A DNA stretch of 53,859 nt from a virus (IMGVR_UViG_3300036779_000164:1-53859); one strand, 5' to 3'; positions 43,976 through 53,186 are shown, counted from the first letter of the stretch. Numbers and translations are program-made. The notes: generated from the sequence alone by a model not told the origin.

Positions 43976-44965
43976 ATGCAAGATACAGTGGAAAAAGACT
44001 TTTCACCTCATGTTGAAGAAATTGAACAAGCTCCAGAAGTTCAAAGTGAAATTCAAGAAGATATTCCGGAAAATGAACCGGCAGATAATGTGGAGCAAAA
44101 AGAAGAAGCTGAACAAGAATTTTCTGAGCAAGACACGTCAAAAGACTTAGATAAAAAATGGCGTGAACAAAAAAAGAAACTTTCAAAAATTCAACGAGAA
44201 AAACACCGTATTGCGGCTGAGGCAGAACAACTCAGAATTGAAAATGAAAATTTAAAGAAATTTAATCATACTTCGAATCAAGCATCTCAAACTCATTACG
44301 AAAATTCTTTAAAATTAAAGTTAGAACAAGCAAAAGAAAATAAAAGAAAAGCTCGAGAACTTAATGATATTGAAACTGAAATCATAGCTGATGAAGACTT
44401 GGCTTCTGTTGTAGCTGATATCCGATCAATGGAAAATTGGAAAGCTCAACAAATGATTCAACAATATGAAATTGAACAGAATCAAAAGCAAAATGCTGAA
44501 AGACAATCTCATTATGATGATTCTCATTATGAAACAAATGATCAAGCTGATCGTTGGATTAAACAAAATTCATGGTTTAATGAAAAATCCCCTCATTATG
44601 ATCCTGATAAAGCAGAAGATGTTTTAACTTATATAACGACATTAGATGCGAATTTAGCCAAGCAAGGTCGAGATGATGAATATTTCACGAAGACTTATTT
44701 CGATCGAATTAATAGTTATGCAAAACATTACGATCAACAACGATATGACACAAGACAACAAAGAATGTCTGCCATTCCAGAGGTAGCACCTGTGAGACGA
44801 ACATCTATGAGTAAACAAACTCAATTTGACAAGATGAATTTAACTGATGATGAAAAATTCATGGCTCGTAATTCTGGTGTATCAGAAGATGATTGGAAAA
44901 AAGCTAAAATTGAAGACATTAAAAAGCAAACTGAAAGAATGAAATTTCAAAATCCCATATATTAG
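43976..44965 (+). CDS. Scaffolding protein candidate (acidic N-terminus, long coiled coil)
   Basis: 329 aa, E/Q/K-rich helical sequence. Lies between the portal and capsid genes. Confidence 0.45.
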   Translation: MQDTVEKDFSPHVEEIEQAPEVQSEIQEDIPENEPADNVEQKEEAEQEFSEQDTSKDLDKKWREQKKKLSKIQREKHRIAAEAEQLRIENENLKKFNHTSNQASQTHYENSLKLKLEQAKENKRKARELNDIETEIIADEDLASVVADIRSMENWKAQQMIQQYEIEQNQKQNAERQSHYDDSHYETNDQADRWIKQNSWFNEKSPHYDPDKAEDVLTYITTLDANLAKQGRDDEYFTKTYFDRINSYAKHYDQQRYDTRQQRMSAIPEVAPVRRTSMSKQTQFDKMNLTDDEKFMARNSGVSEDDWKKAKIEDIKKQTERMKFQNPIY

Positions 44966-44975
44966 GAGAGAATAA

Positions 44976-45476
44976 ATGACGAATGACAAATCACGCATCG
45001 AAGATTCAAGATCAGTGGAAACAAGAGACGCTAATATTCGCAAACATTTAAGAATGGAATATCAAGATCCACTTTATTTTGATCCAGCAGATATACCTCC
45101 AGATGTTGAATACAGATGGATTAGAGAAAGTGTTTTAGGAAGACCTGATCCATCTCGACTTTCATCCATGAAAAGAAAAGGATGGGAACCTGTTCCTATT
45201 TCTCGTCATCCAGATCGTATGATAGATACTAATTCCTCACATTTACCATCTCATTTAAAAGGATGTATCTATCATGATGGACTTGTCGCTTGTGAACGAT
45301 TGAAAGTTTATTGTGATATGGAAAGAGAAAATGTGAATAAGGAAACTTATAAAACTCTTACAGGTACTCCTGGAACAGATCATCTTATGAGTGATCCAAT
45401 GATGCCGATGAAAGTTTATTTTAATGAGAACAGTATTTTGAAAACTGAAAGAAAAGGTTCTTTTGCAGATGACTAA
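44976..45476 (+). CDS. Conserved head-module protein of unknown function
   Basis: AGGAGAG RBS. Motif VEYRWIRESVLGRPDPSRLSSMKRKGWEPVP. Confidence 0.5.
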   Translation: MTNDKSRIEDSRSVETRDANIRKHLRMEYQDPLYFDPADIPPDVEYRWIRESVLGRPDPSRLSSMKRKGWEPVPISRHPDRMIDTNSSHLPSHLKGCIYHDGLVACERLKVYCDMERENVNKETYKTLTGTPGTDHLMSDPMMPMKVYFNENSILKTERKGSFADD

Positions 45477-45533
45477 TAGAGTGTTGCAAAAATACAACAT
45501 TTGATTCAAATTTTAATTAAATACAATTTAGAT

Positions 45534-45562
45534 TTGAACTTATTCCTTATATTTTTTAGATT
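45534..45562 (+). promoter_or_regulatory. Putative dedicated promoter of the porin gene
   Basis: TTGAAC (45534-45539), N17, TAGATT (45557-45562). AAGGGGAAA RBS before ATG 45601. Confidence 0.45.
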
Positions 45563-45600
45563 GCATATAATTAAATCCTTCATACAGAAAAGGGGAAACT

Positions 45601-46926
45601 ATGAAAAAACTAATTTTAGGAATATCTATTATCGCTTTCACGACATCTGTTTATGGTGATGCCACTGAATCTAAGCAGTCAGATGCACCAACTGTTGAGA
45701 AAAAAGAAATTAAGAAAGTCGAAGAATCAAATTTACTCGGATTTAAAATTTTTGGTGAAACATCGACAAATCATTATGTACATAGCATGAAGCGAAGAAA
45801 TGAGAATGAAGGTAAAGGCCGTGGAAATCATTTAGCCGTTGAAGATTCTCGTATTAATATCGAGGTTAAAGGAAATTATCTCGACCATGAGATTGGATTT
45901 CTAATTGGAATCACAGGTAATGCAAGTGAAGGAAATAATCCAATTGAAGAGAATAGAATAAAAATCAAAGGAAATTGGGGAACGATTCTTGCTGGTGATA
46001 CAAAGAGTGCATCAGATTTTATGAGTGCTGACACGAGCTATTTTTCTGGTGGAACTGGTGGTGTTCTTGGTAATTATAAAAATGTTATCAATGAAACAAC
46101 TGGAGCAATATTATCAACAGATCTCTTGCATAAATTTACTCCAAAAGATCAAACAAAGTTAATTTATGTTTCTCCAAATATATATGGATTTCAAGCTGCT
46201 TATAATTACATTCCCGATGGTGCGCATAAAGGTGAACAAAAATTAATGACTCATTCACCTACTTCAGCAGGACTTTCTACTATCTCTTCTGATAAGAAAT
46301 TAAGTGGCCAGAATTTGCATGAATTTGTCGTAAAATTTAATAAAAAAGACTTTTATAATGTTAATATCGATTGGTCTACTGCATTTATTACAGGAAAGAT
46401 GAGAAATCTGCAAAATTCATTTGCTATGATTTGCCAAAAAGAAAGAGTAGCCAGAGGATTAACAACAGATGCTTCAATTGAGCGTCATAATTTGTCCTCT
46501 TATTCAACAGGTCTGGTTTTATCATATAATGGATTTTCAATTGGTAGCGAATATGTAAATAACCGTAATTCAGGTCAGTTAAAAATCTTGAATAAGGCAA
46601 ATTTAGGTAAGATTTGGACATTGGGTTTAGGATATAATGATGATACCAATAGTATAAGCTTAGTATATCTAAACAGTAAGCGCCATTTGGGAAAGTTTGA
46701 GGAAACTCACTTCGGACATGCAAGAGCTGATAATTATGCTCTAACTTATGATCGCCATATTGTTTCAGGATTTACTTTATATGCTGAAGGTTTATTAGTG
46801 AATCATAGAAACTCAAATCAGAGCAATTTACAGAATTGGCACACTGCATTTAATGGATTTGATGGTGATGTTATTCATTCAAACAAAGGTAAAATTCTTA
46901 TTACTGGTGCTCGAATTAACTTCTAA
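45601..46926 (+). CDS. Outer-membrane beta-barrel porin-like protein (moron)
   Basis: Signal peptide MKKLILGISIIAFTTSVYG|D. Alternating amphipathic strands and Gly/Asn/Tyr-rich turns. C-terminal ...ITGARINF with a terminal Phe, typical of Gram-negative OMPs. Confidence 0.75.
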   Translation: MKKLILGISIIAFTTSVYGDATESKQSDAPTVEKKEIKKVEESNLLGFKIFGETSTNHYVHSMKRRNENEGKGRGNHLAVEDSRINIEVKGNYLDHEIGFLIGITGNASEGNNPIEENRIKIKGNWGTILAGDTKSASDFMSADTSYFSGGTGGVLGNYKNVINETTGAILSTDLLHKFTPKDQTKLIYVSPNIYGFQAAYNYIPDGAHKGEQKLMTHSPTSAGLSTISSDKKLSGQNLHEFVVKFNKKDFYNVNIDWSTAFITGKMRNLQNSFAMICQKERVARGLTTDASIERHNLSSYSTGLVLSYNGFSIGSEYVNNRNSGQLKILNKANLGKIWTLGLGYNDDTNSISLVYLNSKRHLGKFEETHFGHARADNYALTYDRHIVSGFTLYAEGLLVNHRNSNQSNLQNWHTAFNGFDGDVIHSNKGKILITGARINF

Positions 46927-46953
46927 TTTAATTATCTCAATTTAAACGATTTA

Positions 46954-46983
46954 AGAGCGGTTTTAATAGCCGCTCTTTTTTTA
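46954..46983 (+). terminator. Rho-independent terminator after the porin gene
   Basis: AGAGCGG-TTTTAATAG-CCGCTCT followed by T7. Confidence 0.85.
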
Positions 46984-47005
46984 TTTGCCTTTATGTGAAT
47001 CTGGT

Positions 47006-47037
47006 GTGATATTTATATCACGTGACATTTTTATCAC
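47006..47037. promoter_or_regulatory. Two abutting 16-bp palindromic operator-like sites overlapping a putative -10
   Basis: GTGATA-TTTA-TATCAC (47006-47021) directly followed by GTGACA-TTTT-TATCAC (47022-47037). Candidate promoter: TTGCCT 46985-46990, N17, GATATT 47008-47013. Confidence 0.6.
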
Positions 47038-47058
47038 ACCATTTCAGGCGAGGCAAGT

Positions 47059-48585
47059 ATGAGTTTTATTAATATCTTTGGTGGAACTACTGTTCAACCA
47101 GCTCTTATATCTTATTTGAGCATCAATCCTTTTACAGCAAATGTAACTTTAAGTTGGCCATCTCAATTCCAAGATGTAAATAATGTTGTAGCCAATATTA
47201 TTGATATAAATCCGAGTGTTGGTGGGTTATCCATAACTATGCCGGATGCAACTCAGACATCTGTGGGGCAAACTGTTATTTTTAATAATGTGGGGAATCA
47301 AACCGTTTCTATTCTGAATAATACAGGTGGTGGTATCACCACAATTGCTATGGGAAGTATATATTATATATATTTGATTGATAATACGACTGTAGCAGGA
47401 ACATGGCGTGTTATTCCTTTTGGGCTTGCTGTAGGAAGCGTTGTAACATCTGTTGCGGCTGTATCAGCTACAACACCGGCATTGACGATAGCAGGTAGTC
47501 CTATTACATCTACAGGTACATTTACATTTACTCTTGATGCAGATCTAGTTGCTTTAGATTCTTTTGCTGCGGGAACAGGAATTGCAGTTAGAACTGGTGC
47601 TGGCACGTGGGCTTTACGCAGTATTGTCGCTGGAACAGGCACTACAATAACAAATGGAAATGGTGTTGGAGGAAATCCTCAAATAGCCGTAAATACGAAT
47701 TTAACTTTAAGCAATTTAACTGTTGGTAATCTTAATCTTACAGGAAATACAATATCATCGACATCAGGAGTAATTAATATATTTCCTGCTGCTGGTCAAA
47801 GTTTATTATTAGGTTCAAATGTTTCTCATGTAACAATTGATACAAATAATAATATAACAAATGTTAATGCTATTACGGCTACAACCGGTAACATTACAAC
47901 TATAAATTCAACGACAGGAAATTTTGGCAATCTTTCGATTGCAGCAAATACTATATTATCAACTTCAGGAGTAATTAATATATTTCCTGTTGCAGGACAA
48001 AGTTTATTATTAGGTTCAAATGCTAGTCCTGTAACAATTGATACAAATGATAATATAACAAATGTTAATAAGATTACAGCTGTAACAGGAATGTTTGGAT
48101 TTCTTTCTAATTCAGGGAGTACAATATCATCAACATTAGGTGCAATTAATATATTTCCTGCTGCTGGTGCAAGTTTATTATTAGGTTCAAATGCTTCTCA
48201 TGTAACAATTGATACAAATAATAATATAACAAATGTCAATACGATTACAGCTGCTAATTATATAGCAACTACATCAATTTCGGCTACATTCAGTTTTGCG
48301 CCTATTGCTAGAGCATGGGTTTATTTTAATGGTACAACAGGAGTAATTACGAATTCATTTAATGTTACCAGTGTTACTGTAAATTCTACTGGAAGTTTTA
48401 CAGTAAATTTAACAAATCCTGCTCCTTATGTTAATTATATAGTTACTGGAAGTACCTTTGCAGTTCCTACTCTCACTATTCTTCAACTCGGTGCAATTTC
48501 TACAACTAATTTTATTTTACTAACTTTCAATGCAAGTAATGTTGCAACAACTCCCGGTGCTGTGAGTGCTGTAGCATTTTGGTAA
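47059..48585 (+). CDS. Fibre-like structural protein with three internal ~57-67-aa repeats
   Basis: 508 aa. The unit TI(S/L)ST.G.INIFP.AG.SLLLGSNAS.VTIDTN.NITNVN.ITA occurs three times. Confidence 0.7.
   Translation: MSFINIFGGTTVQPALISYLSINPFTANVTLSWPSQFQDVNNVVANIIDINPSVGGLSITMPDATQTSVGQTVIFNNVGNQTVSILNNTGGGITTIAMGSIYYIYLIDNTTVAGTWRVIPFGLAVGSVVTSVAAVSATTPALTIAGSPITSTGTFTFTLDADLVALDSFAAGTGIAVRTGAGTWALRSIVAGTGTTITNGNGVGGNPQIAVNTNLTLSNLTVGNLNLTGNTISSTSGVINIFPAAGQSLLLGSNVSHVTIDTNNNITNVNAITATTGNITTINSTTGNFGNLSIAANTILSTSGVINIFPVAGQSLLLGSNASPVTIDTNDNITNVNKITAVTGMFGFLSNSGSTISSTLGAINIFPAAGASLLLGSNASHVTIDTNNNITNVNTITAANYIATTSISATFSFAPIARAWVYFNGTTGVITNSFNVTSVTVNSTGSFTVNLTNPAPYVNYIVTGSTFAVPTLTILQLGAISTTNFILLTFNASNVATTPGAVSAVAFW
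47743..48258 (+). repeat. Three tandem intragenic repeats (spacing 201 and 171 bp)
   Basis: The core ...ATTAATATATTTCCTG...AGTTTATTATTAGGTTCAAATG...GTAACAATTGATACAAAT..TAATATAACAAATGT.AAT begins at 47764, 47965 and 48136. Confidence 0.9.
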
Positions 48586-48663
48586 TTTTTGATTAATTTA
48601 ACAATATTAACTATTATAACAATATAACATCTAAATTAATTTATAAAAATATCATTTTACTAG

Positions 48664-48692
48664 TTGACATCTCAAAAAACGAAGTAAATAAT
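48664..48692 (+). promoter_or_regulatory. Putative promoter of the capsid operon with a long 5' leader
   Basis: Consensus -35 TTGACA (48664-48669), N17, AATAAT (48687-48692). The ~140-nt leader contains an imperfect hairpin, TCGGACAG...CTGTCGGA. Confidence 0.45.
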
Positions 48693-48838
48693 TAAAATTA
48701 TAAAAAAAATAAGTCGGACAGAGACGAACAACTGTCGGATTTCAAATCTAGATTCCAACTCAATCTAATTTCCCAAGAGTGACATGTTTTAAATAATTTT
48801 GAGTACAGTTTTGTGACTCAATAACTGTGGAGATATTT

Positions 48839-49480
48839 ATGTCATACGGAACAAATGCGCCCTTTGGTTTAAGGCCAACATATATGTTAACTGGCGCTAC
48901 ATGGAACAATCAAACTTCTGATTATCAAATAATTTCTGCTTACGGAACAAGTTTATTTCAGGGTGATCCTGTAACTTTTTTGAATACTGGTGGTATCGGA
49001 ATTGCTGTCGGGGGTGCCTCTGGCAGTCAAGGACCAACTCTTGGAGTCTTTATGGGTTGCACTTATTTATTAAACGGATCTTATGTTTATGCACCTTATT
49101 GGCCTGCAGGAACAGTCCCAGATAATGCTACTAATGCAACGGCATTTGTCATTGATGATCCAAATGTTGTTTTTGATATACAAGTAGCATCAAATGCAGG
49201 TGCAATGAATCCAACGATTGTTCAAGCAAATATGGGTCTCAATGCAAACTTTGGTGTTGGTGGTGCTGGAAATCCAGCTGCTGGTTCTACTGTTACAGGG
49301 CAATCAGCCTATTACCTAATCTTTGAAACTCTTACTCCTGGTACTGGTGCTACGTTAAACCTCAAATTACTGAGATTTACCCCCAATCCTCTCAATGTTC
49401 CAGGAGCAAATTACAATAACGCGCTCGTCATTATCAATAATCACCAACTTAAGGGTGGTACTGGTACTGCTGGCGTTTAA
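48839..49480 (+). CDS. Capsid-associated protein (decoration/cement candidate)
   Basis: GGAG 6 nt upstream of ATG 48839 (track start is GTG 48827). 213 aa, Gly/Asn/Thr-rich beta-type sequence. Immediately precedes the major capsid gene. Confidence 0.45.
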   Translation: MSYGTNAPFGLRPTYMLTGATWNNQTSDYQIISAYGTSLFQGDPVTFLNTGGIGIAVGGASGSQGPTLGVFMGCTYLLNGSYVYAPYWPAGTVPDNATNATAFVIDDPNVVFDIQVASNAGAMNPTIVQANMGLNANFGVGGAGNPAAGSTVTGQSAYYLIFETLTPGTGATLNLKLLRFTPNPLNVPGANYNNALVIINNHQLKGGTGTAGV

Positions 49481-49500
49481 TTTAAACAGGAGATTATAAT

Positions 49501-50409
49501 ATGGCAATTAATACCGGTGCGATAGCCAATCTTTTACGGCCAGGTCTATCGGCAGTTTTCGGATCTTATCCGATGTATCCATCACAATGGTCAGAAATTT
49601 TTGATGTGTACGAATCAGACAAGGCAGTTGAAATCGAAGTCGAAATGAAAATGCTTGGGCTTGCTCAAATTCGTCCAGAAGGTTCTCAAACCGCAATGGA
49701 TACCATGGGGCAACGTATTATCACGAATTACCAACACAAATATATTGGATTAGGATTCGTAATTACTCGTCAAGCTATTATGGACAACCTATATAAGACA
49801 AGGTTTCCAATGATGGCAACAGCTCTTAGAGATGCATTGGCACAGACCAAGGAAATTCTAGGCGCTGCCGTTTTAAATAATGGCTTCAATGCTGGATTTC
49901 CCATAGGTGATGGTCAGCCTCTCTTTTCGACTGCACATCCAATTGATGGATCCACATTTGCGAATACATCCGCTGTTGCAGCAGATTTGAATGAAGCATC
50001 ATTAGAATCAGGCATTATCACGATTCAACAGTTTAAGAACCAAGCTGGATTGATCGTACAGACAAAGCCTAAGAAACTTATTGTTGCACCACAAAACCAA
50101 TTCGTGGCGGAAAGGCTTTTGGCCAGTTCGTTCAGGACAAATACTGCCAATAATGATATTAGCGCGATCTACAATGTGACAGCAATACCTGAGGGATATC
50201 GTGTTAACCAATTTCTAACCACAACGGCAGGCCAGGCTTGGTTTGTGCTCACAGACGCTCCTGACGGTTTTAAGCATTTCGTTCGTGAAAAAGTAGAAAC
50301 TGATGTCTACACCGATTTTTCAACCGACAACCTTCAAGCCAAGGCGATAGAGAGATATTCCTTCGGAGTATCAAACCCTCGCGCAGCTTACGGTAATGTC
50401 GGAGTATAG
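49501..50409 (+). CDS. Major capsid protein (HK97 fold, Mu gpT-like)
   Basis: AGGAG RBS. 302 aa. PSQWSEIF..., GQPLFSTAHPIDG and KKLIVAPQNQFVAERLL parallel conserved Mu gpT-type blocks (..QW..IA.., DGQNFFDTDHPV, LLVVP..L...A). Confidence 0.8.
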   Translation: MAINTGAIANLLRPGLSAVFGSYPMYPSQWSEIFDVYESDKAVEIEVEMKMLGLAQIRPEGSQTAMDTMGQRIITNYQHKYIGLGFVITRQAIMDNLYKTRFPMMATALRDALAQTKEILGAAVLNNGFNAGFPIGDGQPLFSTAHPIDGSTFANTSAVAADLNEASLESGIITIQQFKNQAGLIVQTKPKKLIVAPQNQFVAERLLASSFRTNTANNDISAIYNVTAIPEGYRVNQFLTTTAGQAWFVLTDAPDGFKHFVREKVETDVYTDFSTDNLQAKAIERYSFGVSNPRAAYGNVGV

Positions 50410-50441
50410 TATTGATAAATTTAAACAAGGTTAGGTAGCAT

Positions 50442-52052
50442 ATGTCTGTAACAGGACCAACAATGTTTACAACTAATCTGCTGATTGCAGATAGTAATTA
50501 TACCTTAAGTGGAACACAAGAAGTTCTTGTAAAACCTACAACTGTTGCATGCGGTATTGAATTACAATCGACATCAACTGCCCTTTGTATATCACGTTTA
50601 ACAGGTGCAGAAATTGCTGCATTAGCTGCTGCTGGCACTGCAACCAATGGTATGCTTGCTTACAATACAACCACGAATGCCTTTAACTATTATGTTAATG
50701 GCTCATGGACAGCTAGTTCTGGAGCTGGAACGATTACTACTCCTGGCGTGACAACTGTGAATGCAGTTGTGCTGTGGGGCAACACTGTTGGTACACAGCT
50801 TTTAAATTCAACTGTATTAATATCTGCTCTTGGAGCAATCACAGGCGTATTGGATATTGATAGTGCTAGTGGATTAGTTGGAGATCCTAGTTACGCTTTT
50901 ACAGCCAGTACAAGTACTGGTATGTGGAGTAGTGCAGCAAATACCGTTGATTTTTCTACAAATGGCTTGGAAGCATTGCAAATCTTACCTGTAGCATCCG
51001 CTGTTAATTGGCTTGCTATTAGCCCTTCTGCTACAAATACTCCTGTTCTTTTGTCTGCTCTTGGTACTGATACGAATATTGGTATTCGTCTCATTCCTCA
51101 GGGTACAGGTGGTGTGGTTGTTCCTGTTGGTACAGCTACTCATCCTGGAGTGGTATTTACCGGTAGTTTAACAACTGGTATGTTTTCGAGTGCAGCAAAT
51201 ACCGTTGATTTTGCAACAAATGGACTTGAAGCGCTACAAATTCTACCTGTAGCTTTGGCTGTTAACTGGTTAGCAGTAAGTCCATCAGCTACAACTACTC
51301 CCGTTCTTTTATCTGCTCTTGGAACAGATACAAATATTGGTATACAACTTGTTACTAAAGGAACTGGAAGTGTTATTGTGCCTAATGGTGCAGTTGCTAC
51401 TCCATCAATCGTATTTACTGGTAGTCCAACAACAGGCATGTTCAGAAGTGCTGCAAATACTATAGACTTTTCCACGAATGGTTTGGAAGCATTACAGATT
51501 CTACCTGTCGTTGCTGCTGTTAACTGGCTTGCTGTTAGTCCTTCTGCAACTACAACTCCTGTTCTCTTATCCGCTCTTGGTACTGATGGAAATATTGGAA
51601 TAGAATTTGTTACTAAAGGAACTGGTGGAGTAATACATCCCGTTGGTGCAGTTGGCACTCCTGGTATTACATTTGTTGGCGATTTAACATCTGGTTTATA
51701 TCATGTTGGAGCTGGTGTAATAGGTGCTTCAATATTAGGAACAGCAGTTGGACAATGGTCAGCCAAAGGTATTTCGATTGGTCAAACTGCAAATACGGAT
51801 GCAACTCCTCCAACTAATACAATATTTATTGCAAATGGTACACCTCCTGCTGGATCAGCGCCAGCTGATTCTATTGAAATATATTCAACTGATGCAGTCA
51901 GTAATGCTGCAACTGTTACTACTTTGGGACTTGCAGGAGAAGGTTCTCCAGCTGTAGCAATCGCTATTACAGCCGGAAATTTAACTCGCAGTATGCCAAT
52001 TGTAGTTAATGGCGTGACTTATTATATCCCATTGAGTTTGGTACAATCTTAA
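50442..52052 (+). CDS. Fibre-like protein with three 86-aa tandem domains, encoded directly after the capsid gene
   Basis: N-terminus is homologous to 1313..2470 (IELQSTSTALCISRLT....NGMLAYNTTTNAFNYYVNGSW). The unit P..(V/A)FTGS.TTGMF.SAANT.DF.TNGLEALQILPV..AVNWLAVSPSAT.TPVLLSALGTD.NIGI..V.KGTG.V occurs three times. Confidence 0.7.
   Translation: MSVTGPTMFTTNLLIADSNYTLSGTQEVLVKPTTVACGIELQSTSTALCISRLTGAEIAALAAAGTATNGMLAYNTTTNAFNYYVNGSWTASSGAGTITTPGVTTVNAVVLWGNTVGTQLLNSTVLISALGAITGVLDIDSASGLVGDPSYAFTASTSTGMWSSAANTVDFSTNGLEALQILPVASAVNWLAISPSATNTPVLLSALGTDTNIGIRLIPQGTGGVVVPVGTATHPGVVFTGSLTTGMFSSAANTVDFATNGLEALQILPVALAVNWLAVSPSATTTPVLLSALGTDTNIGIQLVTKGTGSVIVPNGAVATPSIVFTGSPTTGMFRSAANTIDFSTNGLEALQILPVVAAVNWLAVSPSATTTPVLLSALGTDGNIGIEFVTKGTGGVIHPVGAVGTPGITFVGDLTSGLYHVGAGVIGASILGTAVGQWSAKGISIGQTANTDATPPTNTIFIANGTPPAGSAPADSIEIYSTDAVSNAATVTTLGLAGEGSPAVAIAITAGNLTRSMPIVVNGVTYYIPLSLVQS
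50886..51659 (+). repeat. Three tandem 258-bp intragenic repeats
   Basis: Repeat units start at residues 149, 235 and 321. A degenerate fourth unit starts at residue 407. Confidence 0.9.
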
Positions 52053-52071
52053 CAACAAGAAAGGAAAGAAG

Positions 52072-52305
52072 ATGGATACAAATATAAGAGAAGCTAAATT
52101 GAAAGAGTTAGAAGATGATATTAATAAACAAAAAGAATATCATATAAAACTAAGTACAGAAATTGAGAAAGTATCAAGTAATATTAAAACATTGGATGGA
52201 GCAATTCAAGGTTTTAAACTTGCTATGCAAATGGAACAAGATGAACTCAAATCTTCTGATGCTCATAATACTGGAACCGTTACGGATATTGTTGAAAATA
52301 AATGA
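52072..52305 (+). CDS. Small coiled-coil protein
   Basis: AAGGAAAGAAG upstream. 77 aa, heptad-like. Confidence 0.5.
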   Translation: MDTNIREAKLKELEDDINKQKEYHIKLSTEIEKVSSNIKTLDGAIQGFKLAMQMEQDELKSSDAHNTGTVTDIVENK

Positions 52306-52976
52306 GACCTCGAGTTATTACCTGGCCTGTTGCTAGTGCTACTTCAATTTCTGCTCTACAAACACTAGCAGGGGCCGGTAACTTATTACTTAATGGTTCT
52401 TTAAATACTTCTGGTAATTACACTTCACACGTAACATATCCTGGATCATTAGCTATTCCACTCATTATTTTCTCAGGATATACAAGAACAATCACACTTA
52501 CTTCAACAAACAATCTCAGCGGTGTTAATTTTACAATTAATGGTATTTTAAATAATGCACCTCTTTCAGAAGTTTTAGCAGGTCCTAATAATAATACCGT
52601 AACATCTGTTAATGCATATGATGCTATCACTAGTATTTCAACAAATGCAGCCGCTGCTGCGGTATCTGCTGGTACCGGAACAACAGGCCGTACTGCATGG
52701 ATTAGTTTTGATTATGATATGCTTGTTCCTAATTATTCTGTTCAAGGAGTTGTTACAGCTACTACAATTAATTATACCTTATTTCTTACATTAGATGATC
52801 CCAATGTAGTTACAACTCCAACTGTTTTTTCACCAGTTATGGCATTAACAGGTGCGACAACGAGTCAATTTGCAAGTTTAACGAATCCCATAAATTATAT
52901 GAATATTACGATTAATTCATCAAATGCTACGGGAGCATTGGTTGCAACATTCTTACAACAAGGAATTGCATCATGA
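52302..52976 (+). CDS. Virion structural protein (beta-rich, Thr/Asn/Ala-rich)
   Basis: Start overlaps the upstream stop (ATGA). 224 aa. Confidence 0.5.
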   Translation: MRPRVITWPVASATSISALQTLAGAGNLLLNGSLNTSGNYTSHVTYPGSLAIPLIIFSGYTRTITLTSTNNLSGVNFTINGILNNAPLSEVLAGPNNNTVTSVNAYDAITSISTNAAAAAVSAGTGTTGRTAWISFDYDMLVPNYSVQGVVTATTINYTLFLTLDDPNVVTTPTVFSPVMALTGATTSQFASLTNPINYMNITINSSNATGALVATFLQQGIAS

Positions 52977-53176
52977 GTCGAGCAAAAAAGATGTTTATAC
53001 AAGGCGCTATAAAACATCCTGGTGCTTTGCATAAAGAATTACATGTACCAAAAGGAGAAAAGATTCCGGTTAAAAAATTAAAAAAAGCAACTCATTCCAA
53101 AAATCTTTTACTTAAGAGAAGAGCGATATTAGCGCAAACACTCCGTCATCTCCCAAGGCATCATGGACCACGGTAA
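52973..53176 (+). CDS. Small basic protein
   Basis: IKHPGALHKELHVPKGEKIPVKKLKKATHSKNLLLKRRAILAQTL resembles a widespread small basic phage/plasmid protein family. ATGA overlap with the upstream gene. Confidence 0.55.
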   Translation: MSRAKKMFIQGAIKHPGALHKELHVPKGEKIPVKKLKKATHSKNLLLKRRAILAQTLRHLPRHHGPR

Positions 53177-53186
53177 TGGGTAGAAT

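Noticed and set aside
47364-51658. Long antisense ORFs 47364..47642, 50891..51094 and 51140..51658
   Set aside because: They are the opposite strand of repeat-rich fibre genes. The repeat structure itself suppresses stop codons, and none has an independent start context.
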